Shown one piece after another: positions 32,969 to 47,510 of a stretch of 64,000 bases of DNA. The DNA comes from Lingula anatina (Eukaryota; Animalia; Brachiopoda): contig CM120641.1 of assembly GCA_051362555.1 (NCBI GenBank), forward strand, positions 15,066,001-15,130,000, given 5' to 3'. A program made the position numbers and the translations under genes. The notes under the pieces were generated by a model. The model was given only the letters and a program-made list of their open reading frames with translations. It had not been told where the DNA came from and made no database searches. Numbering within the stretch: the first letter of the stretch is position 1; each line of letters starts with the position of its first letter.

Positions 32969-35900
32969 TTTATTCCTGAAACACAACACTTCGGACAGTG
33001 AAAACAACACAACACAACATTATGTTAAGATTAACAGTTATTATGTTGATACAGTGAGACGCCTTATCCAAGGAACGCATTATTTCTACAACACAGGGTC
33101 CCACCACCATTCTGCTTTTTTTTTTGACAAATAGGGTCTTTACACGATATTTAAAACAGTGGACTGCTAAGACAGTGGAGATCTGTCTCCTGTCCTCGAG
33201 CAGGTTACATACTCACGATAAACGAATTATTGGATAATTGTTGAAAGGTGTTTTGGAAAATCGAGCTTATCCCTGGGGATAAAGTATCACTAGTGATTAT
33301 CACATGTTGTGCTTTTACGTCTTTTCTTTAAACATCCTTTCGTTATCTGTATGTGTCCAGTACTTATTTTGAATATTACCATCGAAAAGAAACGTAGTAA
33401 ATAAGTTTAACTGCTTGTGGGATGTCATTTTCGAAAAGAAAATCAATGGAGTGTCAGCCGCTTTGGTTTTCAACGACAAATTTATGACGTCATATGCCAG
33501 GCTTTCACAGCACTGCACACATACATAACATTAGTGTGACTGGAAGTGTGATTTGAACTGCTGTGATTGCAAGAAGATGTAACATGGCAAATGCAATATT
33601 CAAACTGCTTATCCTTTAGATATGAGAGAAGGTACCACCAAGTGACTCCACAAACTTGCTGTATATATATATATATATATATATATTGAATATATATATA
33701 TTGAATTGCAACTGCACAGGTCGAGTCAGACCAGTTAGTGAGTGCAACAAAAAACCTGATAAAGTTTATCCACGCCTATTGTACTATGGTGCTCTCTAAA
33801 GTTTTGTGAAATTACAGTCTTGTCATACATTGCTAATCCACAATAGTTTGCGTGTGACTTTTGTATTGCTCTCTTGAACGACATTCCCGGCGCAAAGAGT
33901 TTCATCATTATCGCTGAAAAGTTAACCCCGCCTCACGCGGATTCTCGTACGATTTCTTAGTCTCGTGTGACGCCACGTAGTGCTTGCAGACTCTCGGGTT
34001 CGGAGATTTGAACGTACAGAGCCAACAAATGATCTATCAAATGATTTTGTTCAAATAGATCTAAATATCTTTATGCTTAAGTTAACTTTTTTACCGCACT
34101 GTCTACATACTCTGACATGTTTCTCCTAAACCGTTGCGATAAAGCACTTAAGCAACATTTAACTGACAACCATGATAATACAAGTTTTACTCTGTTTGAT
34201 TACGAAAGAAATCATTTCAGAAAACAATGGCGAATTGAAAACAGCTAGGGGGGGGGGGGGTGCAGAAAAAAAACTTGGAGCGCGAGAAAGATACCCCAAA
34301 CCATTATTTTGTATAAACCTTTTTTTTATCACAAGACTCGATACTTTAATTAAATCAATCCAACTGTTGATATTGATATTCACTGTTTGCCTGCTCTTTT
34401 AAGTTCTTAAGTCGAGATTATCTTCCAGTTGACAATAAAATACCAATTTTTTATTCTCTTGGCTTACATTTTGTGAGCGACTGCACGCAATCCTCGCGTT
34501 TTCAATTCAGGTAAATCTTCCAAAGTTTTGAGTCCAAGTATCAATTTCTTTATTCATCAACCATTTACAGGCCTTTGGATTAGAAGTGCATGCTATGGAA
34601 AAATAAAGAGGTAGAAAAAAGATAACAAAAACAGGGGCGAATTGAAGCCTGAAGACGGTAAGATTTTCGAGTTTACATTAACGGGTGTCTATTTTTTCTA
34701 TCGGAAGACGGTCAAAAAAGGAGGATGGATCAACAAAGATACTAGTAATTTGGAAGACTCAGAAAATAGCTTTGGATCCACCCCTGAAAAAGAACCGCGT
34801 TCTTCTCTCTCTAACAATTGCCCTAATGTCAAAAAGAGAAGCTTACCGACTCACCACGCAATACAGAATATCGCGAACCTCACCCCTAAAAAGAAAAGAG
34901 TGCTCACTATACGCTACTCAAGCGAGGGCTCCAGTGGGGTTTCGTTTTATATGTTACCAACTCGTATCTCTTTTACACACGATAGCAGAGCTGAAATGGC
35001 AATGGATTACCTTAAAGCAACATTGAGGGTGTATAGAAAGCCTATACTACTAAATGCATAGGCTTAAAAGTTCACAGTCTGAACATGTCTGCAACCACTC
35101 ACGATTCTGGGGGTCGGATAAGGGTAAACAAATACGCCAGTAAACTACCAAACTATTCAAGATATGCCCTCTTGCTTTCATATCACTTAAGTTTATTTCG
35201 TGTTACACTGTATCTGCCCTACTTGACTGGGGACATTAGAGGGAAGAATGGAAATATTTCTTTCATGAAAATTGAATTAGAAACATCAAACCTTCAACGG
35301 GCCTTTATAAAAGGATCACAGGAAGAATCTTGACAGCGAAACAATGTGTTGCGATGCAAACTTTGCTGACTAATAAGTCAAAACAGACCCGTTTACGTCA
35401 CGATCTGAACTCTGTAGCTGTCACTTAATCCCTACATATTGTTTGAATCAACGAGAACTGAGTCCTGAACCTGCAAACGTTTGCTTTTAATTAACGCCAC
35501 TGGTTAAATGATTCGTGTAGTTTCCGTTACTTTTGTACATATTATTAAGATTTGGAATATAAAAATTAATAAAATAAGCCATGCAGAAACATGGCCGGGC
35601 CTAAAAAAGAGACCTTACGCAACAAATATCCCCAGCAAGCTGACACAAATGCGTTGGATACTTGTGGGTCCTGTAACTCCTGTTTGAGAAAAACCATGCT
35701 CGCATACTCATGCACTCAGTCAAACTATAAACTATCCGTCTCCTGCTATGAAAAAAATACATCTAATTTCTAACTGCGTTCAAATAGCAACGGCGAGCAT
35801 GCCTATCCGCAAATCAGGTAAATGAGACAACAGACACTCAATATTTCTGTCAAAGCGTCAAATACCTTTACGTCTCCCAGAGCTGATCGTATACTTCTTC

Positions 35901-37109
35901 GGGTCTGAAGAGATTCAACCTCAGAGGTGAATAATTTGTCAAAGAGTCATATACTCCGAATACTGACGGTGCTTCTGTTCAAGTGCTTTGCGACCGTCTG
36001 CACGCTAGCTGTCATCAATACTGGTATGAGTGAGGCTTTGACAATAGTTCCTCCGCTTAATGTGTAACACGGCGTTGACGGATTTGGCCCGTTCTAGCCG
36101 ATGTCATTATTGTTTGAGTAAACATAAAGCTCTACTTCTTCCCCTGTAAATGCCTCAGCGACAAAAGTATTTGACCCGAGAGTTGCTATGTAAAGTTCAC
36201 ATTGAAGAAAAAAGTTGATAACGAACCTCTTTTTTATGAAACAGATTGATTTCAATGAAGTCAATTTATCATTGTGTTAGATTGCGTTGACCCAGAAGTG
36301 CGGGGTGTACCAGTACCGTATGTCGTGTGCTGCAGAATGTCACTTAAGTATAATTCAAACCTACTCTATTCATGTCACACATACTACATGTAGGGCGAGT
36401 GTTGGTGATGTAACAAATTAGCATCTGGTTACGCTAGTTTTATATATATGTTGGCTCCTATATTGTTTATTTATGAATATAATAAAGTAGTGACGCCGGA
36501 TTTGAGCGACAGATATTACAGGGCGCTACAGCACCTGTAGTGAAGAGCGGCGTGTGCAGCAGTCATTCCCAGTTTCTCAGTCTAATTCAAATTACAGAGT
36601 CCAAGCATTTTCCTCAGTCTTCCCATATGCATATGATACAAGGGCACTGACAGCAGAACTGCAGAAAACTTTTAAGCAGGGAAGATGAAACAGCAGGAAT
36701 CTTTGAGCAGGCGAGATTCGTCCCATATACTGACACGGATACTTGGGTGCGAAGACCTACTGCCCATCTTGGTCATTGACCTTTTGGGTAGCCCCAGTTT
36801 TTGTCGATAGCTCTTCGGTATCTGTATTTAAGCTACTGAACTACCTTTTGGATTACCTTATCATCTTGACATGACACATTTTTATTGATCTCTTTTCCTA
36901 CTTTAAAACAATTGCAAAATTTAAAAAAGGGGGGGGGGCAAAACTGCGACCCTCATTGGGGACATTTTACATGACGTTTCTGCAATATACTACACAAGAA
37001 GACTTTTATCTTCAGAAACAAAGCAGTAATAGTAAGCTAAATGATAAGAACATTTTCAACAGATATCTAACTCAATTTGCAAGAGGTGACTTCAGAGATG
37101 CTATCTAGG

Positions 37110-37300
37110 CTTCATCGCTCGCTCACAGTTCTCGTTTGGTGAGTGATTTCTTGCAGAGGATGGAGCAACCATCTTTGGGCTCTGATATTAATCCTACTGA
37201 GCACTTGTGGTATGAATTGGATTGTGCAATTCAGAGAAGAACCAACCCTCTAATAACCAGAACCAACCCCGCTTAGCTATTTAGGAGGAATGGGGCAATT
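37110..37300 (+). mobile_element. Degenerate Tc1/mariner transposase fragment
   Basis: From 37181 it reads SDINPTEHLWYELDCAIQRR, matching the Tc1 SPDLNPIEHLW motif. HSSRLVSDFL lies upstream and EEW downstream. Confidence 0.65.
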
Positions 37301-40300
37301 TTTTACAAAACAAAACAGAAAACTTCCTAAACATCGCAATTCTGCCACCATTAAAGAAAATAAAAACTATTATACTCATTCTAATTATGATAATTGTTCA
37401 ATTTAATAATTAATCTCGAACTTATCTTAGTGTCTTTACAATTAAACCTTTAAAATAAGTCACGAAGAACGTTTCACTTAAATCACAAAATGAGAATCTT
37501 AAATACCCAGCATGGTGGTAATATCTTGTATCTACTTCTGTTATCAGTAGCTACTACCCTTCATTTTGAAATCTTAAAATCTTAATCTTGTAATGTGGAG
37601 GAAAAATCCAATTTGTTGCCTTTGTCATATACTTTCTCTTTACCTTTTTGTTGTCCTCATGACATCCCCATTTTACATTTTGTCGGTTCTTGAATATCCT
37701 GGCAAAATTTTACTGTGTCTGAATCGTCTTTGTATCCATCCTCCACAACATCAAAATCTTTCTTCTCATCAATCAAACATTTTTTTCAATCTATAGTTAA
37801 GTAATTTTCGCTTAAAAATCATAACCATCCAATTCCATTTGTTCTTCAAAAATCCCTCATTATTTTAAATAATTTGTAATGACCTCTCCATCTCCACCAT
37901 GTTACTTTTCACACGTTCATCAACTTTCACCGCCGTTAACTCCGCCATCATCATAATCAGTCTTCTTTTTTCTTTATCTTCCGTTCATTTTCAATCATTC
38001 TGTCCTTATTAAATCTATTTCCACCATTTTCATCATCTACAGATGTACAGAACGGTTCTCTCCCAAACTCAATCACATAACTGGTTCACATGAGTCATTT
38101 GCTCATCATCAGTCCTCTTTATTTTTTCTTCTATTTTCCCGACTTATTACCTTCTGACATTTATTGATTTAATTCACTACAGTTCAGGGGTCTCTTTTTG
38201 TTGCACTGAAGGCCTTCACAGCCATTTTTTTTCTCATCTGTGAGTGAATTGTCTTCATGCGCAAAAATCTCTTTAACTTCCTCATGTAAGACATTTTCTG
38301 ATTTTATAGGCCTTTTTATATTTTATATATTATATTTGCGAAATCTCAATTCGTCCATCTCAAATACAAATCCCGCACCTAGGAGCTTAATCAAATCATT
38401 GAATGTTCTTTGATTTAACCTAGATGGGTCCTACATTAAACACAGTTCCAGGATTATCAGGAGTTATGACTGACCAGAAATGAAACATTGGCTCTCTGTG
38501 AACAGTGGGTAAAATAAAAGTGTGAAAATTATGCAAGGAAATAGCGTCTTGTAAAATCAGTAATAAAATGATATACTCTATGAACCCACCGAAAAGGCAT
38601 TTCCATAGTTTCCTTTATGATGGAAAAACCTCTACATATATTGGATACATCAGCTGACAGACATACACAGCAGTAATCAAATATCAGTCACTCCAGACAA
38701 GGACGAAATTTCATTGTTCACAACGGTATATTAAACGATAATTATCCATTGTAGTCTCGCCCTTGGTGGCACTTGATTCATATCTGGTATTCCCGTACAC
38801 TGCGCATTCACTCAGCACTTTTCACACTTTGGCATAAGTGAAATGAGAAATAAATCTGAGATCATTGTCGTGAAACAATTAAAACATCGGCGAGGTAAGA
38901 CCAGGGTTTTTCCGTGGGTGGTATCCCATCAAAAGAGACACTTTGAAAGATTTGTTATCTTCAGCTTCAAATTCGTGTCAGATTTTCTAATGTTCAAACC
39001 TTCATCATGACGTAATTTTATCAAATCACCTTTTTCGAGCAGACGATATTTCCATCAACTGTAGCTAAATCGGTATCACTGAATCACTTTCATATAACTT
39101 TATAGCAATGAGCAGCAACAAATCATTTTTCATTGGCACGCAAATTTTTTTGTTTTGCAAAGTTGCCGTAGCTTTAAAAGTTTGATTCTTTGTACATTGT
39201 TGCTGTATTTTAAAGCTATAAACCCTACATATGCAGTTAATATACGGTAAGTTGTTTTATCCCCGTGTGAAAATGTCCTAAATTTCTGTCTACATATCCT
39301 GCAAATATACTTATCCGATTCGGACCTTTAAAACGATAAAACGAATCTAAGTGTCTGATGTCGATATTTTCTTCTGAACTATACAGAATGGCACGGCGGT
39401 CTAAACATTCATATTTAGAAGTCAAATATTTAATTATATATCTTAATAGAAAATGGTATAAAACACCGAAGCCAAGTGCAGGCAAGGGTCGCGCAATGAT
39501 TCCTGCGTAAGAGAAAATTACGTTTTTTTTTTCCAAGGAAAATTCGATCTGAAGAAAAAATCTTTGAAATGATATCTATTACATTTGACATAAAAAGGAA
39601 AACTGACTTTCAGGATTTGTCCAGTACTTTATATTGATACATCAAATTGAATCTAATTCACCCCCAGCGCATTTATATAATTGTATGCTGTATGTTTCAG
39701 TAACTAGCATTTCTTGTACCAATTTGCTAATTAGCTCGTGAGCTCGTGGCAACCCACTCCTTGACAGGTCAATATTAGGAACTCACCGTGATTTGATCCC
39801 TTTGTGAGTTGAAGTTCATAACTCAACTCCTCGCAGTGATTCCTCTACAGGATATTAAACACGAATGAGTAAATAGACAATATGACCTTTTATCCCAGTA
39901 GATGTACATCTGGGAAAATATATTTAAAAGAGTATGTGTTTTTTGTTATTACTTTATACACGCAGGTACATGCATATATACTTGTTCCGACATAAGTTAC
40001 TTTCCATGGTCTCGTTATTAAACCATTGTGCCGTTATTTCATTTTGGCTACAAGCGTTTGTTACTATTATTTTTATTATTGTTGTTTATTTTAACTTCAG
40101 TTTTTAACAAAGAAGAGCAATGGTTCCATTCCTCGAAGTGGTAAGTTTTTATTTGTCCTTCTGCTCAATCTTTACTATGAAGAAATACACGCACAGAGAA
40201 AAATTCCTTTCAAGAAATGTTCTTCACCATCCAAATGAACTTAAAGGCGAGGAACTCAACACCAGAAAACAACATTTTACTTTCAAATTTAGGAAAATTT

Positions 40301-41152
40301 ATCACAATAATTTTAAATTCTCCGGCATGTGCATACCTGTTCGTTTATTTTTTATTGCTTTGTTATCTCTCTCTATACCTATATAGAGATTATGAGAACA
40401 AACAATCTTGTACATGTATCTCGAATCCGCCTAAATACATAGGTCCTGCTCATGATTATTTGCCACGAAAATTGTCCTAGATCCTTTATCCTCCTCTAGT
40501 ATCCGGCTGTATTTATCATCTCTTTTTTTCTTATTTAGTTGCAATGAGTCATCTTCTTGTTTACCTTATATTAATTCGCAAATTTCAAAACTATCTCGAG
40601 AGCTTTCATCGGCAACCAAGTATTTCATGAATTGTAGGAATGTCAAGAATAAGTTCTTATAAGACGTGTTATGTCAGCTCATGCAGTGACATTGGTTTAC
40701 TTAGGTGGAAAATAAGAGTATTCTTTTAAATGTCACTGTATGGTGTTTATTAAAGAATTCTCTTTTAGATCTAAGAAATCCAAAAACAAAAAGCACAAAA
40801 ATTGTACGGAAAGAATTTGCAAACACGTGTAACTGATGATAAAAATACTCACCGCTTATGATTAAATATACTGAAAAGAAGGTAGGCCCTACACTTCTAT
40901 TTTGGTCCCCAAAATGGACTGCACATCTGTTCTGTTATATTATATATGAAGCTGGCAAGGTGTGTGTTGATATAGTAATTCAGGCAAAGGCATGACACTC
41001 CTGAACACACGAATGAACCTCTGACCTAGTTGACTATCTAATATAGCTTTCACCAATCCCTTTTCGAGATGTTCTCAGCGACCAAGTTATATCTCATCTC
41101 TTACCTTATTCCTGTTGGTGTGGTGGCTCCTTCCAACTCAGAAATTTCGTTG

Positions 41153-41154
<2 letters not shown>

Positions 41155-41199
<45 letters not shown>
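41155..41199. repeat. Poly-T tract (about 45 nt)
   Basis: Homopolymer run, possibly a minus-strand retroposon poly(A) tail. Confidence 0.85.
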
Positions 41200-41201
<2 letters not shown>

Positions 41202-42045
41202 CGGTGTTTCTTTGCTGTGCATCACTCAGAAATCCACATACTATTGGCTGCTACATATCATAAAATGGTTGTATTTTTACACTTGAATACCGAAACATTT
41301 ACTTTCGGTTTTGAGTTTCATGGTCAATATTTTTCAGAATGTTGTATTTCCTCTCTCACATACATATATTTACTTTAGAGATTTCAATATCAGTGCCTTT
41401 GACTTCCTTTTTACTTGAGAGCCGACTTAAATGCCGTTACCTAAACTGATCAGGGATGTTTTTTTTATTTTTATTTTCGTTCGTTCTCAATTGCAACATT
41501 CAGACCTGTCCCCCTTTTATTAGTATTTAATTGATAAGAAAGACTAAGTTATGTTAAGTTTTAGATTGTTCAAGAAAAATAACAATCTAATGTGACGTCT
41601 TTCACTTTTCTGTGTCTAGAAAATATTATTAACTATTATAAGTCTAATCAGCTATTCTGTGGTCGTACATTCAAAACTCAACACAGCAAAATTGACACTT
41701 CATGAAAATAAGCGCTCTTGAAGCTTAAGTCATTTCCTGCTCAGAATCAAGTTACTGAATTTGATGGCTATTTCAACAGAATGCTTCAGGCTTTCAATTA
41801 ACTTAGTTTTGCTATTTATAAGATTCGTGAAAAGATTTTAAAAAAAGAAAAATAATTACAGGTATGTTGATATAAAATATATGTAAAGATTAATTTTTTC
41901 CACTGGTGGAAATGAATTTCATCTCACATCTCTCTTGAGAATATATTACGTTGTGAGCATGTAGTCCACATGACTTGTTGAAGAGATAAGCGTTGTAACA
42001 TTGTATTTGACAAAGCATATTCCCTATCTGAACTTGCCAATCGTT

Positions 42046-42048
<3 letters not shown>

Positions 42049-42086
<38 letters not shown>
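42049..42086. repeat. (CT)n microsatellite
   Basis: Perfect CT run of about 19 units. Confidence 0.93.
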
Positions 42087-42089
<3 letters not shown>

Positions 42090-45000
42090 ATGGTCATATG
42101 CTCTTATTCATCGTTAAAAGAAGGTATTTATATACGACCGACAGTTACAATCACGTTGTACGCGGTGATCAACGTTGGGGTAAGGCTTAGCTGTCTTACG
42201 TCAGCTGAAGTTTTAACTCAAATTAAAGGGCAAGGTAGGTATGACTGAATTTCCAATGTCTACACTTTAACAGAAAATTGTTCCAGTCCAAGACATCGAC
42301 GTGTGTGATTTGTAAAAGGACTGTTCTTCAAAGATAAATCCCAGCTCATCCATTACGTCTCTCCAATTTAGCAAGATTGTGGTAACAGGACTTACGAGAT
42401 ATTTTCTTTCGCCCAGCAAGATGCAACTAACACAATAGCAATAACTTCGTGGAGAAATCCCTTCAGAGCTAAAATCTGGTAGTGTTGTAAACACCCGACA
42501 AGATTAATAGACCCGCTTTTCGATGCATGCTTCATAAATGTACAAAAAGATTTTTAAATCAGCTTAAGCTACCAAATTTGAACAGCGTAGGTGTAAAGTC
42601 GACCTAATGGTATTGGTCTTGAGAGCGTTTTGTTAACGACTGTTCCACAATACATGTAAATGAAGTGTACATGTACATAGACCTACCCTAATGTCACCAC
42701 TGCGATTGACAATATTAGTAAGTTTTTGGGGGCACAGTTTAAAGATCGAAAAATAGGGAAAAGTCCCATTTATTATGCCTTAGTCGGCCATAATTCTTTA
42801 GTAGCAGTTCTTTGTAAGACAAATTTTGGTGGGGTTTCCGATGTTTTTTTTTTATTATTTTTATTTTTTATTATTATTATTTTTTTTTTTTTTATGCCGA
42901 CTGTCAACTTCATCTTCTCCGTTCATTGAAAACAATTTCTTAGGAGACTTTTATTAGGCCCGAGTGAAAAGTTTTATGTTATCTGGAACGTTGGTTTTAT
43001 TCTAGTGATAAATCAAGTTAAAATGCCTAAACATAGCTTTTCAAAATGACATCATTGTAAGCAATTGGACAATAACTTTGTTTACATATATAAGTTTGGG
43101 TTTACGACAAAATAATTAGCTTAACGCGTCAAATGAATTCCACAACTTCTTTGCAACAGATAATTGGTCTAGGAAACCTAAACGTTAAGAGAAATAAAAA
43201 CGCCACAAGCATGATTGAAATAAATGTCTGGTTTATGGTGTGGGCGTTATAAGATTGGTAAATGCTCTTAGAAAATCAGGTGTCTTGCAATGGCAGGATT
43301 TTCTCGAGTAAGGCATGTAGTTCAGATATGCTGACAAGATATGCTCGGATCACTGAAGGATCAGGCAACGAACCCCGCAAAGTGAAATGTGTTTCGTGGT
43401 CGATAACAGAAAATCGGAGTCAGTTAGCGGACGTGGTACCCAAGAATTGTTACTGGTATTCTTATGCTCTCTGTCTATTTCTATTCAAGGAGATTATTTA
43501 CCTCAGTAAACTTGAACTCTTCGCTTATTCAAAAGCGAGTTACACGCACTGGTAACGTGCAACTAGGTCGCCAATTACGTGAAATCCCTGCAAGATCGTA
43601 AAGGGTGATGTCTGAACGCGGTAATTTAGATCTATATATGTCGTCTCATTCATTTCTAATATTTTCTTGGAAAAATCATAAATAGATTTCTGAAGAGTAT
43701 GAAGTTTCTCCACCCCGGAAACCGTCTGCAGCTATTCTGTAACTGTTCTACTTTACGCATCATGTGAAATGTAAAATAGCGACATTGTGATTAGATTAAG
43801 GGGTCATGTTTGGCTTTGATTAGGTATCCGGTATGCATGACTTTCACCTGTTTTGGATTCAGATTGTATTGAGTAATTTAATCAGAAAACGGAAACATCA
43901 CATTTCTACCCGAGATACACGCTTTTAGGATCTTGCGAGTTTTCTCGTTACGGAATAGGTCGGGATGTAATTTTCTTCACAGCCTGCTTCAGCAATGTAG
44001 GGTAAATAAGTCCCCAATGTTAAGTATGCCTTCTACATAGGTAGGCGCATACGTTTCTATTTTCTGGGCTAATATTCCGGTATGTCCGTGATTTACGGTC
44101 GGCCATGTTGGCGCCTTGCAATCGCAGAATAGCGGAAACCTTCCATCTCGACGTATTTTTTAAAGTCAAGGCATGACCATTGGATTCTTTCTTAAAGAAC
44201 AAGATTCAGATTTCATAAACCACGCTTTCATTGAAAAGTCTTGGCGCTCTGTGGTGATCCTTAATTATATTGTTCAAATGAAATAAGACAACATGTAATG
44301 AAACGTATGGTATATATTACACATAACAGCAACGGTATATTGGAGATGCTGCAATGGCATATTTTGTGAAACGCATCGCTTACGGCATAATGACTTTATT
44401 GGATTTATTTTTATTTTTGTAATATATTCTGATGACGAGTTTTCAGAATTTTTCGTGCAAGAAATACTTATTTTTGTTTCGGTTCTCCGAAATCCATTTC
44501 AATTTCGTATTAGACAAAAGCAATCGGCATGATATCATGGGTTTGTCTAAGGTGACGGTCACCCAAGGTCACATATATTCATTTAAATGCAAGGATATTA
44601 TTTACAACATTTTTGTTTTTTTTTTATTCCCCAGGGCGGTTAAAGCCATGGATCGCATTTAAATGTTATCATATTCACCTTTCAAAGAGCCTTCTGCTTA
44701 TAAACCGTTAATATTTACCAGTCCGGTAAAATGTATTTGACATTAAAAAGGCTTAAGATGGAGGAAAGCGTTTGTGTAAATGGCTTGTAGATAAAATGTG
44801 TAAAAATATTAGATTTTTATGAAGTTCTAAAAGCATTTGTATGCCACGATCTCCTTTTGATCAAAAACTCTCTTCAAAACATCTTTAAGTGGCCTACAAA
44901 AACCGTTCTCAAGTGTTATGCACAGTTATCTGCTTAAGATGACCTTCTATCGATCAGTACTCTATCAATAGCTCTTTTCCTCCAGGAGTGTTAAAACACC

Positions 45001-46364
45001 TTAACCCTATTATATACATTGAACCTTGGGATGCAAGAGGAGTCAGTTAGTATGATACAAAGGGCAATGAATAACATTGTGCTCCGTTTCCTATGACACA
45101 AAACTGTTATCATATGACGTCATCATTTTCAAAATGCCATACGATTTAAACAGAAGTTGTCGTCCGGTAAAATGCGCATCACTCGTTTCCAACGTATCAA
45201 CGTTTCTGTATATTTCAAGAAAAAAAGCTTGATTTTATTAGAACAGCAATATTTCTATTATTATGGAACAGGAATCTCGTGGTTACTTCAAAACAAAACT
45301 CAAGATCTCCTGATTCCGTTCAAAAATTGAGGTCTGAAGCTTTGCTATAAAAGGGTTTGAAAGACAACACCGCAGCGTCATCTGGAAACTTCACAAGAAA
45401 TATTGAATAGATATACGATCTAGGAACACACGAGCAATCAATCCTTTCCTGTGGGTTTAATAAAGATGCATCGGGTCGTCTTATTGGCGATAGAGAATCT
45501 TTATTTTGGAACGCTCCGCGGCCTCCAGCAGGCTGATAGTTAATATACAACAGCAGTTGCTGACATTTGAAAAGTTTTTATTACTGATAGAAAACGTTTG
45601 TAGACTTAATTATTTAACAATATCAAATGCTTCCCATTGCTTTGAATGGTAAAACAGGTGTTTAACTCCGATTTCTACATTTTCTTTTGTATGCAAAATA
45701 TCATCACTTAAACACTCCATCATATTTTACCTAATGTGATAGATTAGACAGATTTTCACATTTCTTTTGTTTACATTTGACATTTAATGGATTTAATGGG
45801 TAAATATATCACAGTCTTTGAGTACGAGAGTGATCGATAGGCTCGAAAGCCCGCTTCTGTCTGACATGAAGAAAGAAGCAAGTTCAATTCTAACTAAAAA
45901 CATTTCAAAGAAAAACAATCAATTTTTACAGCAAATTGGCTACTTCAAGAGACCTAGTTCATTCATCCTGACATACTCTCACTTCAGATGCACTGGAAAA
46001 CACGTACTGTTTGAATATTTCATAGATATCTTATATATTATTAACCTTTTGCGTTGGTTTAAGAAGTTAATTACATGGAATTGCTGTCTGATCCTGTGCA
46101 TCAGTTTGCCTTCTAGTGCCTTCCCGTATGCTCACAACACGTTAATTTTAGGCTGTTTCAATTATTATAAAATGTGAACACATGAACACGTTAGAGCTCA
46201 TTACCTCGGCTTATAGATTTATCATAACTCTTGGTTATGACAAGTGTAAAGATTTAGCTGTGCCTGCACGTTAAAACACAATCTGCACCGGTCTACGAGT
46301 TATGGAGTTTTTGCTAGCAAGAAATTGATTTTTTTGAGGTAAATCGTGTAAAATAATTGTCCAT

Positions 46365-47510
46365 TTATTCGAGCCCTAGTGACATAATCCATTCATTTAT
46401 TCTCTTCTCTTTTAATTTCTTGCTTACTTTTGTGTCAATGCCATGCTTTTCAAGGGCATGCCTCAGTTCTATCATTTCTGTGTCTTTGCTATCGTCACTG
46501 GAAATGTCATCGTCGCAGTCATAAGACGTTTTTGCCTTTTTTAACCATGCATCACCAATATACCTGTAAACAGCGGTAATTTCACATCTTTTCTCAGGTT
46601 TGGTATCCAGCATTTTTCTGAAGAGTCTCATAAGGCGTGGAGTAAAACGCCGCCATTGAGATGGCGTTGGTCCAATTTTACGCTTTTGCCACTGTGCGAA
46701 TTCCACAAAATATGGATCTCCAACGTCAGCATTTTCCCATGGAAAATTGCCCGTCAAAATAGTAAATAAGAGTACTGCACATCCCCACACGTCTGCACTT
46801 TTTTCTACATAGAATCCCTCGTTTTTTACCGCCTCACATATTTCTGGAGGTGTGTAAGGTATGCTGCCACTTATTTTCCTTACCAGCGTACCTCGCTTTC
46901 TGGTCATTCCAAAATCCATTAGTTTCACCTTGGTACATTCTCTGTCAAAAAGGAGAACATTTTCTGGCTTTATGTCTCTATGCACCAAGTGTTTACTATG
47001 CATGAAGTCTAAAGCAGAGGCTACCTGCTTTATGATACATTTTCCACGTTTTTCATCAAGGCCTATTTGTGGGGGTATCGTTTCAAACAGGTCTCCTAGC
47101 GGGGCATGTTCTAAGGCAAACATGTATGATGTCTCAGTCTCGAAAGCGACGTCGAACGTGTTGACTATTGCACAATGAGGAGATAGGAAATATCCATATG
47201 TGAACTCTCTTTGAAAGTCTCTAAATTTGGTTCCCTTTTTTAATAAGTTTTTCAATGCAACGACAGTGTCTGTTGTCTTGCAGCGGGCAAGCATCACATT
47301 GCCATATGTTCCGCTGCCAAGTGTTTTAACGATGTCATAATGCTCACTGAGGTTGATCAACGGCAGAGAATCTGAAACGCTGCTTCTTGGAGACGAGGAA
47401 GGGTCTTTTGGTGGATCCATGTTGTTATGGTAGAAAAGTCGCTGCTTGGATCTATGGATGAACCCCTTACACTTCTCAATATGGTCGTTTTGACTTCTCG
47501 CAGTCGGCAT
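46365..47510 (-). CDS. SBK1: Ser/Thr protein kinase, SBK1 (SH3-binding kinase)/meng-po-like, 381 aa, uninterrupted coding region
   Basis: LGSGTYGNV, VALK, HRDIKPENVLLFD, DFG and GSIPYTPPE, plus SBK-family features (FQREF.Y..FLSPH..I, GNFPWENAD, F..WQKR, PSQWRRFTPRL.R.F). Confidence 0.88.
   Translation of the reverse strand: MPTARSQNDHIEKCKGFIHRSKQRLFYHNNMDPPKDPSSSPRSSVSDSLPLINLSEHYDIVKTLGSGTYGNVMLARCKTTDTVVALKNLLKKGTKFRDFQREFTYGYFLSPHCAIVNTFDVAFETETSYMFALEHAPLGDLFETIPPQIGLDEKRGKCIIKQVASALDFMHSKHLVHRDIKPENVLLFDRECTKVKLMDFGMTRKRGTLVRKISGSIPYTPPEICEAVKNEGFYVEKSADVWGCAVLLFTILTGNFPWENADVGDPYFVEFAQWQKRKIGPTPSQWRRFTPRLMRLFRKMLDTKPEKRCEITAVYRYIGDAWLKKAKTSYDCDDDISSDDSKDTEMIELRHALEKHGIDTKVSKKLKEKRINEWIMSLGLE

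Noticed and set aside
34642-35061. 139-aa ORF with a KKKR motif
   Set aside because: It has a non-ATG start, no recognisable domain and no supported exon chain. It may be a transposon relic, but I cannot support a call.
37590-39540. Possible degraded retroelement or transposon sequence
   Set aside because: The strand-biased composition is suggestive, but I found no diagnostic motif.
46861-47178. Antisense ORF inside the kinase, and similar shadow ORFs over other exons
   Set aside because: These are opposite-strand shadows of real coding sequence with no independent support.
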